From: Chloroflexota bacterium
Lineage (GTDB): Bacteria; Chloroflexota; UBA11872; UBA12225
DNA: 64,000 nucleotides
Direction of reading: 5' to 3'
Assembly (NCBI GenBank): GCA_947446285.1
Contig: CANFGH010000004.1
Coordinates: 12,926 to 76,925 of the forward strand
Made by a program: the position numbers and the translations under genes. How positions within the stretch are numbered: the stretch's first letter is position 1; every line of letters begins with the position of its first letter. Positions 33,883 through 43,816 of the stretch are shown here, piece by piece. The notes under the pieces are model-generated. The model was given only the letters and a program-made list of their open reading frames with translations. It had not been told where the DNA came from and did not search any database.

Positions 33883-35082
33883 CTACTGCGCGGGCGCGAT
33901 AGCCCGCACTGTCGCGACACGCCAGTTCACCGTCACCACCCACGGGGTGACAACGAGGGCAAGGCACCCGAACGCAATGAACGGTGCAACGGTCGCCGCC
34001 CCAAAGACCTCGGCCAACTGACCGCTCCCAACCTCGCCCGCCACGACGCCAAGCGAGTACGCCGCGTAGAAGACGCCGTACGCCATGCCTCGTTCCGCAG
34101 GGGAGGAGTGGTCAGCAATGTACGACGTGACTGCCGGGAACAGCAGCCCGAAGCCGCAGCCGAAAAGTGCCATCGCACCGTAGACCCCCGCAGTGGTGGC
34201 GGTCACCGCCAATCCAAGCAAGCTGACACCTATCAACGACAATCCACCAGCCAGTGGAAGAAGCCGTCCAAACCTGTTCACCAACCATGGCGACGGTCTT
34301 GCGAAAAGCACTAGCGACACAAGCGCATACACGCTGAACGCAGTACCGCGAACGCTCGCGGATGCCCCACGCGATTCGAGTAACAGGGGCAAGTGAACAA
34401 CCAGTGTGCCTATGCCAGCAGTCCATGCAAGACATGCGACGTTAGCGACGATCAGTTGGGGGCGGCTCAGGATTGCCCCAAGTGACACCTTCGAGGCCCC
34501 AGCGACCGGATCATTCGGGTCCGCCGACACCTCAACGTTCCTGCCAAGGAAAGCCACGAGTGCACTTGCTGCGAGCATCAGCACGGCAACCGCCTGGAAA
34601 ACCGCAACCGACCCGAACACTGTCCCAGCGATGCCTGCGACCGCCGGTCCGATCACGGCGGCAATCGCGATGAACGCACCCGCAGTACCCATCGCCTGTG
34701 CGCGACGGGCAGGAACTACGCTGTCACTCAGCAACGTGAAGGCACCTGGCGAAAGGACCGCCTGCCCAAGCCCATGCAAGGCGCGTACTGCCCCAAACTG
34801 CCAGGGTTCGGACACCACGCCGTAGAGTGCCAGTGCAATGGCAGAGGCTAGTAACCCTCCAACAAGGGTTCGCTGCCGGCCAATTCCAATCAGAACGAAC
34901 CCGGCTGCAAGGTTCCCAATGAGGTTGGCCGCATCGTACGTGGCAACGGTGACCGCAGCGACCAAAGGATCCGCGCCAAGTTGCCGGGCGAACGGTGCCA
35001 CGATCGGGAACTGGCAAAAAAGGTCAAAAAAGGCGACAAAGACCACCAGCCGTGCGACACCAGATCCAGACATTTCCGGCAA
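33883..35082 (-). CDS. MFS transporter
   Basis: 399 aa with 12 hydrophobic helices. Confidence 0.85.
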   Translation of the reverse strand: MPEMSGSGVARLVVFVAFFDLFCQFPIVAPFARQLGADPLVAAVTVATYDAANLIGNLAAGFVLIGIGRQRTLVGGLLASAIALALYGVVSEPWQFGAVRALHGLGQAVLSPGAFTLLSDSVVPARRAQAMGTAGAFIAIAAVIGPAVAGIAGTVFGSVAVFQAVAVLMLAASALVAFLGRNVEVSADPNDPVAGASKVSLGAILSRPQLIVANVACLAWTAGIGTLVVHLPLLLESRGASASVRGTAFSVYALVSLVLFARPSPWLVNRFGRLLPLAGGLSLIGVSLLGLAVTATTAGVYGAMALFGCGFGLLFPAVTSYIADHSSPAERGMAYGVFYAAYSLGVVAGEVGSGQLAEVFGAATVAPFIAFGCLALVVTPWVVTVNWRVATVRAIAPAQ

Positions 35083-35256
35083 AGTGTACGTGAGGGTCCC
35101 GCTCAGAACGTTCCCCGAAGGCGACCCTCAACGGTCATGAAGGAACAATGCCGAACACCAGACCTACCCTCAAATCAGGTCCATGTGCGGGTTCGCGACA
35201 TCGAAGCATCAGTGTCGCCATCCGTATCGCGTCGTCAGACGGCGATGATCCCGAAG

Positions 35257-36729
35257 CTAAAGGTCCGGGGGTTCGTACCCACCTTGCGTGCCTGAACCGG
35301 GGCGCCAGGCGGTGCCACTGACTTCCGAGAGCATCGACCATTCGCCGGGTGTGAGGTGCGCATAGTTGTGATAGACAACCTGACGCACGCCCCCCTCCTT
35401 GATTGCATCGAGAAGCCTGCGGAAGTCGGCAACTCCGACCGGATCGCCCCCTTGGGGACGCCGTCCCGAGCCGACCGAGGGAAGAACCCTCCACGGATAC
35501 CCGTCGGCTTGCGCGATTGCCCGGCGCGCCTCAGGCACCATGAACTCACGCCAGAACGCATCGGGATATCCACGCTCGAAATCACGCAACGTGAGCATTC
35601 GTTGACCCGCCGGAGCGGCCGGATCTGTACTTGGCAAATGCAAGCCGGTCAGCGCGCCGACCGCCTCGAACGACTCCGCTTCCCAAAGCGATGATGACCA
35701 CTCATTCATCGCGGCAACCCATTTCGAGAGCAGTCCATACAGGCCATCATGGCCCCGGTGATGGATGCCAAACCGGGGAACGACCATGTCGCAAACCGTG
35801 GCGAGCCCAGGGAAATCGTAGCCAGCCAAGGGCGCCAGAGACGGCATCGGCGGGCTGAGGCCAAACTTGACTTCCTTGCCACGCGACTTGCCGAGGCGTT
35901 CCGTGACATCGTGAACGGTGAGCAGGAACTTGGAAAGCGCGCGCGCACGGAACGTGAGCCAACTCACAATTCCCGGATCATTTCCCAGCATCGTCGTGGT
36001 TGCGAAGGCCCCACCCCCGGCACCAAGACGCGCAGCTTCCCGGGTCAGCTTTCTCAGACGCGTAACCAACCGTGATTGCGCGGCGATCAATCGGTCAAGG
36101 TCGAAACCCAGAGAGGATGCAACTGGCCCCGCCGTGGCAGGCAACGGCCCAAAGAAGTCCTCCGCACCAGTCGTACCCGGCAGGTACCCCCACTCCGGGC
36201 CAGTGAGGATGATCCCATCGGCCTGAGGCACCTGACCAAGCGTGTCCTCGACCCGTGCGATGAGTGCGCGCTGCCAGGATTCCTCGAAGAGAAGCCGATG
36301 GCGCAAGTCCGAAGGCAACAACCCATCGGCGTCAGGGTTCGGGTCGGGTGCGACCATGCCATTGTCTGGTTCGATGACCCAGACGGCGATGTTCTTGCGC
36401 TTGACTGCATCCAGGAACCGGCCAAGTGCCGCCCACCTTGCCAGCATGTCATGGCCAGAAGGTAAGGGCGCCACGACGCCGTAACGTCGGTATATGGTCG
36501 GGTTCGGTTCAAATGCTGGTACCGAACGCAGGTCGGATGCCGAGCACAGGGTCGCCGTACGCAGGTCCGCAATTGACGGCGCGTCTGGCAGGGCGGTATC
36601 GAAACGAAGCGGACCAATCAGGATCCCCTTGACACCAGCGGACTGCCAAGCGTCGACAACTCGCTCGGTGTCACCGAGGACCGTTTCGATCGGATAGCCG
36701 ACCCGCATCCACGCTTCGAGATCTGCCAT
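35257..36729 (-). CDS. Hypothetical 490-aa soluble protein (possibly a TIM-barrel/glycoside-hydrolase-like fold)
   Basis: Long ORF with coding-like bias. No motif I can name. Confidence 0.5.
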   Translation of the reverse strand: MADLEAWMRVGYPIETVLGDTERVVDAWQSAGVKGILIGPLRFDTALPDAPSIADLRTATLCSASDLRSVPAFEPNPTIYRRYGVVAPLPSGHDMLARWAALGRFLDAVKRKNIAVWVIEPDNGMVAPDPNPDADGLLPSDLRHRLLFEESWQRALIARVEDTLGQVPQADGIILTGPEWGYLPGTTGAEDFFGPLPATAGPVASSLGFDLDRLIAAQSRLVTRLRKLTREAARLGAGGGAFATTTMLGNDPGIVSWLTFRARALSKFLLTVHDVTERLGKSRGKEVKFGLSPPMPSLAPLAGYDFPGLATVCDMVVPRFGIHHRGHDGLYGLLSKWVAAMNEWSSSLWEAESFEAVGALTGLHLPSTDPAAPAGQRMLTLRDFERGYPDAFWREFMVPEARRAIAQADGYPWRVLPSVGSGRRPQGGDPVGVADFRRLLDAIKEGGVRQVVYHNYAHLTPGEWSMLSEVSGTAWRPGSGTQGGYEPPDL

Positions 36730-36851
36730 TGTAGTTCCAGTAGCGCTTGGTGATCGTCGGTCAGGTCACATGCCGTGCGGGGTCAAACGCCCTGCGACAC
36801 CAGCACGGAGGGAGGACCTATGTCCCCAAACGGACGGCATTCCCGAGGCCG

Positions 36852-37772
36852 TCACGGAAGGGCAATACGTAGACCGTGCGCCTTCGCCGGGGTCACACCC
36901 CGTCCGGCACCGTCTGCAGTCCCTCGTTCGCGCAGGTACTCGAGCGTTGCATTCCGGTCAGATGCCTGCAGTGCGATTGCTGTCGGGTGAGGACCGGGAG
37001 GCAAGACGCGACCGCCGCTCGGCGGCGCAATCAGTTCCAGACGGATCGCCCCAAGCCCGAGGACAACCCCACGCCCAGCCAATCCATCATTGATCCTTGG
37101 CCATCCGAACGCCGTCTGGTAGCACTGGGCCGCAAACTCAGGATCCGCAACGAGTACTGAAACACTTTGAAGGTCGCGCCACCCAGCAACGTGCACGGCA
37201 TTGCCTCCAAGACGTTCCACCACATCCCGGCGTCCATCATCACCACCCTCGTACTCCACGAGAATCGGCATTGGCGGCAGGGTCGGACGCGGTGCGGGCT
37301 GTCCACGTGCAGGCAACGAGGGCGCCCTACCCGAAGCGGCGATCACCGCGGGCGCTTGGGTCCGAGGGGTGGATTCCGGCGCCACAATTACTTCACGCCA
37401 CCGCACCATGGACCCGTCGGGCAGTACCCGCTCGCATGCCGTGATCTCAGAGTGGGGGATCCCTTGGGCATCGAGCCGTGCCACGGCACCCTCAAGGTCA
37501 TCCACGGCAACCGCGAAACTCGGAGGGTTCTCCTTCGCGATGTCAAGCCACTCTTTCAGCCACCGGATGGACGGACTTGCTTGGTCACGAACCGCGACAA
37601 GCTCGACCGAGTAGATACCGAAGTGCACGGCGGCCGCGGTTGTCCCCACCAAATCATCTCCGGCAGCCACCACCGAGAACCCCAAGCCATCGCGATAGGT
37701 CGCGATGGCCTTCCTGAGGTCCTTGACAGCGACAACAATATGGTCGAACCTTGCGGCGGTCACTTCACTCAT
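36852..37772 (-). CDS. VOC (glyoxalase/bleomycin-resistance/dioxygenase) family protein, multi-domain
   Basis: The N-terminus is MSEVTAARFDHIVVAVKDLRKAIATYRDGLGF. The track ORF extends to 38009 and is over-extended into bcp. Confidence 0.7.
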   Translation of the reverse strand: MSEVTAARFDHIVVAVKDLRKAIATYRDGLGFSVVAAGDDLVGTTAAAVHFGIYSVELVAVRDQASPSIRWLKEWLDIAKENPPSFAVAVDDLEGAVARLDAQGIPHSEITACERVLPDGSMVRWREVIVAPESTPRTQAPAVIAASGRAPSLPARGQPAPRPTLPPMPILVEYEGGDDGRRDVVERLGGNAVHVAGWRDLQSVSVLVADPEFAAQCYQTAFGWPRINDGLAGRGVVLGLGAIRLELIAPPSGGRVLPPGPHPTAIALQASDRNATLEYLRERGTADGAGRGVTPAKAHGLRIALP

Positions 37773-37884
37773 GGGTTTAGCCCTAATAGTGTACCGGCGA
37801 CGGCACTTCGGCATCCAGAGACGCCCGACGCTAGGACGGTACAACGGTGCGGGAGACCAGCGGTCGGCACCATGTTCGTGAACG

Positions 37885-38349
37885 CTAGGCTCGCAGGCAG
37901 GCAAGAACCTCCTGGGCATGGCCCTTTGGGGTGACACTCGCGAAGACATGCCCGATCGTCCCGTCAGGTTCGACGATGAACGTTGACCGCATGACCCCCA
38001 TGTACTCACGCCCCATGAATTTCTTCAGACCCCAGACCCCGAACGCTTCCGCCAAGGCGTGGTGTTCGTCGGCGATCAGCGTGAACGGAAGCTCAAACTT
38101 CTTCCGGAACTTGGCTTGCGCCTTCACTGGGTCTGGACTGACCCCGAGCACAACGACGCCCAGGTCACCGAACCCTGAGAAGTCATCTCGGATCTCGCAC
38201 GCTTCTGTCGTGCAGCCAGGCGTATCGGACTTTGGATAGAAGTACACCATCACCCGTTGCCCGTAGAAATCATGAAGCGAAACGGACTCGCCGGTGTCAG
38301 TCAACACCGAATCCGTCGGTGCCATTGCTCCAACCTCAAGCATTTCCAA
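37885..38349 (-). CDS. bcp: Thioredoxin-dependent peroxiredoxin Bcp
   Basis: The motif is VYFYPKSDTPGCTTEACEIRD. Confidence 0.9.
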   Translation of the reverse strand: MEMLEVGAMAPTDSVLTDTGESVSLHDFYGQRVMVYFYPKSDTPGCTTEACEIRDDFSGFGDLGVVVLGVSPDPVKAQAKFRKKFELPFTLIADEHHALAEAFGVWGLKKFMGREYMGVMRSTFIVEPDGTIGHVFASVTPKGHAQEVLACLRA

Positions 38350-38381
38350 CCTCTTCTACGCGCCATGACTGGCGCAGACTG

Positions 38382-39041
38382 TTACCCCGACCCCAGTGGT
38401 GTCCGGTGACGTGCGCCATCGCGCCCGGCAACATGCCGCGCCATCGCGTCGTGGGCGAATCCGATCAAGCATGGCACAACATGATCGTCGATCAAATCGT
38501 CGTCCCAACGTGGATCAAGGCGCCGCCGGAGTTCCACCCACCCCCGGTCCGGGTCGTACCGCAGGGTCAGGCACACGAGTGTCACTGGCGCATCCATGTC
38601 CGGTGGCGGCAAGGGACCACCTGGCATCCGACGAGGCTTCACTTCATACGGATCTCCAGGCAAGACCCCCACTGGTGGAACATGCCGGGCGGGCGGGGGC
38701 CGATCGGCCTCAAGCGCGAAGAACAGCGAATGCCACGCACTTAGACGCACACCGACCGCCCCGCCCGGCCCCGGAATGCCGTTGTCCTCGAAGACTGGGT
38801 AACCAGTTGGGCAGTAGCAGTCGATGATGCTCACTGCATCACGCAATCGTGGGCCGACTCGCGCCCTAACTTCAGCGAGGGCCTTCTCACCGTCCCGCCT
38901 CGTCAGAATTTGAGGGGTCGGATAGCGCGCAACAATAGCCGCAACGCGAGCCGAAGCCCGCACCAGTTCAGCCGACCGGTGCAAACTGTCGTGACCATCG
39001 TCGAGGCGTTCGCCTGGGTTCGAGGATTCTGAGGCGGTCAT
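38382..39041 (-). CDS. Hypothetical protein
   Basis: 219-aa ORF with coding-like bias. No family recognised. Confidence 0.4.
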   Translation of the reverse strand: MTASESSNPGERLDDGHDSLHRSAELVRASARVAAIVARYPTPQILTRRDGEKALAEVRARVGPRLRDAVSIIDCYCPTGYPVFEDNGIPGPGGAVGVRLSAWHSLFFALEADRPPPARHVPPVGVLPGDPYEVKPRRMPGGPLPPPDMDAPVTLVCLTLRYDPDRGWVELRRRLDPRWDDDLIDDHVVPCLIGFAHDAMARHVAGRDGARHRTPLGSG

Positions 39042-39210
39042 CTCTAGACAAAATGGTAAGCGCCCACGCTAACGCAAGGTCCTGCCGTTGGAACATCCAT
39101 GAGGCTGTCGCCGGTTGCCCGGGGACGCTACCTGGCGGCGACCCAGTCGGGCGGCAACGTTCAGTGCGCGCTATGCTGCCCGACGACCACAACGTGAAAC
39201 GAGGTATGTC

Positions 39211-40203
39211 ATGTCTGCCGGCGCCCCATCCACCACGTTCTCATCTGCCCAAGTAATCGGAACACCCGGTCAGCAGCCTCGACCTGCACCTACCGGAGCA
39301 TCTACCCGCTTGCCCGACGCGCCCGCCCGACGCCTGCGCGTCCTCCTGACCGGTGCCACGGGGTACATCGCCTCCCAATTGCTGCCGACCTTGCAGACAC
39401 GCTACGACGTGGTCCTTACCGATGCGCGTGGAGCCCGCCGGGACGGAACGAGCATTCCGGACGTACATGTCCTCGACTTCCAGTCGGTCAACGACGACGC
39501 TCTCCGGCCACTGTTTGCCGGATGCGACGCCGTCATTCACCTCGGCTATCACAAGCCAACCGGCCCAGTGACCGTCGGAACCCAGCTCGCCTATGAAGAT
39601 GAGCGAGTGAACGTGGACATGGCCGAACGTGTCTACCGACTTTCACACCAGGCTGGCGTGCAACGGGTCGTGATGGCGTCCTCGAACCACGCCGCTGACT
39701 GGTACGAGCCGCTGATACACGCACGCTCGCTCGACCAGGTCACGCCAGCGGACCTGCCTCGCAGCGACAACTATTACGGGTGGTCGAAGATCGCCTACGA
39801 GGCCCTTGGGTTCACCTACGCCACAGGCGCGCCCGGCCGCCCACTGGAGGTTGTGCAAGTGCGGATCGGTGCTCCAAGACACATCGAGGAGGCGCACTTC
39901 GTCGGGAACCCGGTGGGGTTCAAGCGCGACCTCGGCGCGTGGATCAGTCCGCGAGACCTGACCCAACTCATCGTCCGGAGTGTCGAGACCCTTGACATCC
40001 GCAACAGCGATGGCGTGCCCTTCCTGATCGTCAACGGTGTATCCAATAACACCCGCGGTTTCTGGAGCATCGCCAACGCACGCGTCACCATCGGCTACGC
40101 CCCGGAAGACGACTCCGAGGTGTTCTACGCCGATGCAATCAGGCACATCCTGCTCGACCACGGTGATCGGGGCAGGGTTGGCACCGAACCGACGGGCCAC
40201 TGA
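39211..40203 (+). CDS. NAD-dependent epimerase/dehydratase (SDR extended family)
   Basis: The motif VLLTGATGYIASQLLP and a YxxxK-type motif (YGWSK). The track ORF start at 39115 is over-extended. Confidence 0.8.
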   Translation: MSAGAPSTTFSSAQVIGTPGQQPRPAPTGASTRLPDAPARRLRVLLTGATGYIASQLLPTLQTRYDVVLTDARGARRDGTSIPDVHVLDFQSVNDDALRPLFAGCDAVIHLGYHKPTGPVTVGTQLAYEDERVNVDMAERVYRLSHQAGVQRVVMASSNHAADWYEPLIHARSLDQVTPADLPRSDNYYGWSKIAYEALGFTYATGAPGRPLEVVQVRIGAPRHIEEAHFVGNPVGFKRDLGAWISPRDLTQLIVRSVETLDIRNSDGVPFLIVNGVSNNTRGFWSIANARVTIGYAPEDDSEVFYADAIRHILLDHGDRGRVGTEPTGH

Positions 40204-40232
40204 ACGCACACAGCCAAAGAGGACCACCAGAC

Positions 40233-41435
40233 ATGAAAATCCGTGCCATCACCCCGTGGATTGTGGCCGTGCCGAACCGGGAACCGGGCATCCTGTATTC
40301 CCAGGGTCAACCGGGCTCCGAATCATCCGCCCCTGTGCCAACCCGCCAGTACGTCTTCATCCAGGTCGACACCGACGAGGGGATCACCGGATGGGGCGAG
40401 ATCACTACGTACCCAGGCCCCGTCGCCAACCGTGCGGTATGTGCTGTGGTGCGCGAACTCGCCCCAATGCTCATCGGCCATGACGCGTCTCGCATCGAAG
40501 AGATCTGGCACCGGATCTTTCGGGCATTCACCTATGTCGGGACGCGGGGCTTCACCACGGCGGTCATCAGCGGGATCGACATCGCCCTCTGGGACATTCG
40601 TGGGAAGGCGCTCGGCCTTCCGATCTACGAGCTGCTGGGCGGCGCGATCCGTGACTCGATCGCCCTCTACACCCACTTCCCGTACGCCACGACACCCGAG
40701 GAGAGTGCGCGAAACGCCCTCGTTCCGGTCAACGACGGCGTCCACGCCATTAAGACCGATCCATTCTGGGAAGAGATGGGACGGACCGGGACACGCTATC
40801 TGGACGGCAACATAAGCGCGGCCGGCGAGCAGAAGGGCGTCGACATCATCGCCGCAATCCGTGAAGCGGTTGGCCCTGATGTCGAGATCCTGATCGATGC
40901 GCACGCCCTCTACAACGTTCCGACAGCGATCCGCCTTGCGAACCGCCTCGCCGCTTACAACATCACCTGGTTCGAGGAACCCGTCCCGCCGGAGAGTTAC
41001 CACGCCCTCCGCCAGGTCAGAGATCAGGTGCAGACCCGCATCTGCGTCGGAGAACGGCTTCACACCCGTTTCGACTTCGTCCCTGTGCTCGAACAGCGCC
41101 TTGCGGACTTCATCATGCCCGACGTCACCTGGACCGGAGGCATTTCGGAACTGAAGAAGATCAGCACCATGGCGGAGGCGTACTACGTCCCCGTCAGCCC
41201 CCACGACGCGAGCGGGCCGATCAATGTCCTCGCCGGCGCCCACGTGATGATGACCGTCCCGAATTTCTACAAACTTGAGACCATCCGGTCCAAGCTAGAC
41301 GCTTACAACGCGTTCATCGACACGCCACTCGACACCCGTGGAGGCCACCTCTTCGTGCCGAACAAGCCGGGGCTTGGACTGGAAATGAACATCGACTACC
41401 TGCGTGCCCACGCCCTGGAGGGTTGGGGAGGGTAG
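40233..41435 (+). CDS. Enolase-superfamily (mandelate racemase/muconate lactonising enzyme) sugar-acid dehydratase
   Basis: Motifs include GITGWGE, DIALWD, ILIDAH, WFEEP and GER. The protein is 400 aa. Confidence 0.9.
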   Translation: MKIRAITPWIVAVPNREPGILYSQGQPGSESSAPVPTRQYVFIQVDTDEGITGWGEITTYPGPVANRAVCAVVRELAPMLIGHDASRIEEIWHRIFRAFTYVGTRGFTTAVISGIDIALWDIRGKALGLPIYELLGGAIRDSIALYTHFPYATTPEESARNALVPVNDGVHAIKTDPFWEEMGRTGTRYLDGNISAAGEQKGVDIIAAIREAVGPDVEILIDAHALYNVPTAIRLANRLAAYNITWFEEPVPPESYHALRQVRDQVQTRICVGERLHTRFDFVPVLEQRLADFIMPDVTWTGGISELKKISTMAEAYYVPVSPHDASGPINVLAGAHVMMTVPNFYKLETIRSKLDAYNAFIDTPLDTRGGHLFVPNKPGLGLEMNIDYLRAHALEGWGG

Positions 41436-41505
41436 GCGCCGGCGGACGAGACAGTAACGCGAGGCAATGACGTGGCGGGTTGCGAAAGCCCGCCACGCCC
41501 ACAGA

Positions 41506-42579
41506 TCAGAGCGGGAGGCGAACTTCGGAACCGCTGATGGTCGACTCGCGAATGGCCTTGATGAACTCGATCGAGCGGCGACCTTCCTCGCCCGTCACGA
41601 GTGGGTCGCGTCCTTCGCGGATTGCCGCCAGAAAATCCTGCAGCTGCCACTTGTGGCAGATCGGGAAGGGAGAGAAGTGGTCCTCCTTGGCTTCCCGCGC
41701 CCGTGCCAGTTCCGAAGCTGCCGAAGCTTCCTCGCCTGGGATTGTCCAGATATCGTTGACGCCCATCCGACTCTCCGGGTCCTCAAGCACCGATATCGTT
41801 GCGCCAGTCTCTCCGGTAATCGTAATCCGGGATCCAAGAGTGGGCGTCGTCGAGATTGACACCGACGCAACCCCCAAGGCGCCGTTCTCCCAACGCAGTG
41901 CAGCCACCGCAGTGTCTTCACATTCAATATAAGGATGCGTCAGGTTCGCCCATTTGCCGTAGACGGATGTACATGGCCCGGCCGCTGACATGAGCCAGAG
42001 GTACATGTCGATCCCGTGGACCGCTTGGTTCACCAACGCCGCACCGTTTTCGCCCTTCCACGTGCCACGCCACGGGGCATCGCGGTAATACGACTCATCT
42101 CGGTGCCACTTGAACATGAAGTCACCGCTGATCGGACGCCCGATCTTTCCCGCCTTGATGGCTTCGTGTGCCCGGAGGGCCGCCGGCCAGAACCTGCGCA
42201 TGAAGATGACCCCGAACCGGACATTTGCCTTGCGGGTCGCCTCAATTGCGCGGTCTGCCTCCGCCAAATCCATCGTCATCGGCTTCTCGACAATGGTGTG
42301 CTTCCCTATGGCAGTTGCCATGAGGGTTGCAGGCAGGTGGAAAGGCGGGTTCGTGCACACCGCGATTGCCTCGATGCCCGGGTGGTCGATCACCGCACGC
42401 GCATCGGTGTAGTGGTTCGGGATCCCATGATCCCGCGCCAGCGTGGCTGCCTTCTCCCCATCAAGGTCGGCACACGCGATCAATTCGCACTCGCCCTCGG
42501 CCTCGAGTGACTTCAATGCCATCGCGTGAAACCGAGCGATGTTTCCGCACCCGATGATCCCAATACCTATCCGTCGCAT
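41506..42579 (-). CDS. Gfo/Idh/MocA-family oxidoreductase
   Basis: N-terminal MRRIGIGIIGCGNIARFH and the motif EKPM. Confidence 0.85.
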   Translation of the reverse strand: MRRIGIGIIGCGNIARFHAMALKSLEAEGECELIACADLDGEKAATLARDHGIPNHYTDARAVIDHPGIEAIAVCTNPPFHLPATLMATAIGKHTIVEKPMTMDLAEADRAIEATRKANVRFGVIFMRRFWPAALRAHEAIKAGKIGRPISGDFMFKWHRDESYYRDAPWRGTWKGENGAALVNQAVHGIDMYLWLMSAAGPCTSVYGKWANLTHPYIECEDTAVAALRWENGALGVASVSISTTPTLGSRITITGETGATISVLEDPESRMGVNDIWTIPGEEASAASELARAREAKEDHFSPFPICHKWQLQDFLAAIREGRDPLVTGEEGRRSIEFIKAIRESTISGSEVRLPL

Positions 42580-42734
42580 CGTCCCGCCATTCCTTCCATG
42601 CCGCTCCAACCATGGTCCTGCACAACTCTCTTGAACCCAAGAGGTATGAGGTTCCCGGTCGATTTCGTGCGATCATAGGGGCGTTCGGCCGCATACGTCG
42701 GTCAACGTCACTCACCACGAGGAGTGCTCCGGGC

Positions 42735-43100
42735 GTGGACAGTTATTCGATCACCTATACGCCGGTCATCGCGGCCACATTCCTGGGCATCGGGTTCATT
42801 TCCCTAACCCTCTTGATTGCCAATCTCCTCGCACCACGGGTACGCACCCGAGGCAAGGAGAGCATCTACGAGTGCGGGTCGCCGACCATCGGACAGGGAT
42901 GGAGCCAGATGAACCTGCGCTACTATCTTTATGCGATTCTCTTCCTGATCTTTGAGATCGAGTCGGTATTTCTCTTCCCTTGGACGGTGGTTTACAAGGG
43001 GCTCGGCCCCTTCGCGTTCTGGGAGATGATGCTTTTCATGTCCATGCTGCTATTCGGTCTGGTCTATGCCTGGCGCAAGGGAGTACTGACGTGGGAGTAA
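42735..43100 (+). CDS. nuoA: NADH-quinone oxidoreductase subunit A
   Basis: The segment YECGSP...[25 protein letters not shown] start with GAGGAG upstream is preferred over the track start at 42612. Confidence 0.85.
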   Translation: MDSYSITYTPVIAATFLGIGFISLTLLIANLLAPRVRTRGKESIYECGSPTIGQGWSQMNLRYYLYAILFLIFEIESVFLFPWTVVYKGLGPFAFWEMMLFMSMLLFGLVYAWRKGVLTWE

Positions 43101-43732
43101 ACCTAGGGGCACCGACACCGTTTGCGACGGCTTACGCGAACGCAACCGCCCCTGACCTGCCATTAAATGACGGCGCGGCCGGAATGCTTCCGGCGGAGAA
43201 CCTCTATGCACGTCTGCCCCAAGGCATCGTGACAACGAGCGTCGACCAGCTGTTCCAGTGGGCACGCAAGAGCAGCCTGTGGCCGATGACCTTCGGTCTC
43301 GCCTGTTGCGCGATCGAGATGATCTCGACCTTCATGGCCAAACACGACCTTGACCGTTTCGGCCTGATCGGTCAGGTTGGCGCGACGCCGAGGCAGTCAG
43401 ACTTGATGATCGTCTCCGGCACCGTGACGACCAAGATGGCCCCCGCGGTCCGAGTTCTCTGGGAGCAGATGCCAGAACCCAAGTGGGTCATCTCGATGGG
43501 TGGATGCGCCACCTGCGGCGGGCCGTACTACCGGTATCCCACCGTGGTGCAAGGTGTTGACCAGGTTATTCCGGTAGATGTCTACATCGGTGGATGCCCA
43601 CCTCGGCCGGAAGCACTGATGCACGGCATCCTGAAACTTCAGGAAAAGATCATGCGACAGGCAAAGGAAGGTCGTCGTCCGACAGCGGATCTAGAGCTCG
43701 TCTTGGCCGGCGAGGGCGTCGAGGTCGCGTAG
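43091..43732 (+). CDS. nuoB: NADH-quinone oxidoreductase subunit B
   Basis: Motifs include [25 protein letters not shown] and GCPPRPE. The GTG start overlaps the end of nuoA. Confidence 0.9.
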   Translation: MGVNLGAPTPFATAYANATAPDLPLNDGAAGMLPAENLYARLPQGIVTTSVDQLFQWARKSSLWPMTFGLACCAIEMISTFMAKHDLDRFGLIGQVGATPRQSDLMIVSGTVTTKMAPAVRVLWEQMPEPKWVISMGGCATCGGPYYRYPTVVQGVDQVIPVDVYIGGCPPRPEALMHGILKLQEKIMRQAKEGRRPTADLELVLAGEGVEVA

Positions 43733-43816
43733 GCGGTGGCGATCCGCAGGGATGACCCGGGCGTGCCTCGTGGTGCATCGTGACGTTACGCACGAACTCA
43801 GGAAGGCGAAGCACAC

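Noticed and set aside
36852-38009. Over-long track ORFs implying large gene overlaps: 36852-38009, 21171-22070, 42612-43100, 42980-43732, 39115-40203 and 55568-57169.
   Set aside because: The upstream extensions run through neighbouring, well-supported genes (bcp, rhaM, nuoA, gpsA) or lack coding character. Internal starts with Shine-Dalgarno sequences give proteins of family-typical length, so I trimmed them.
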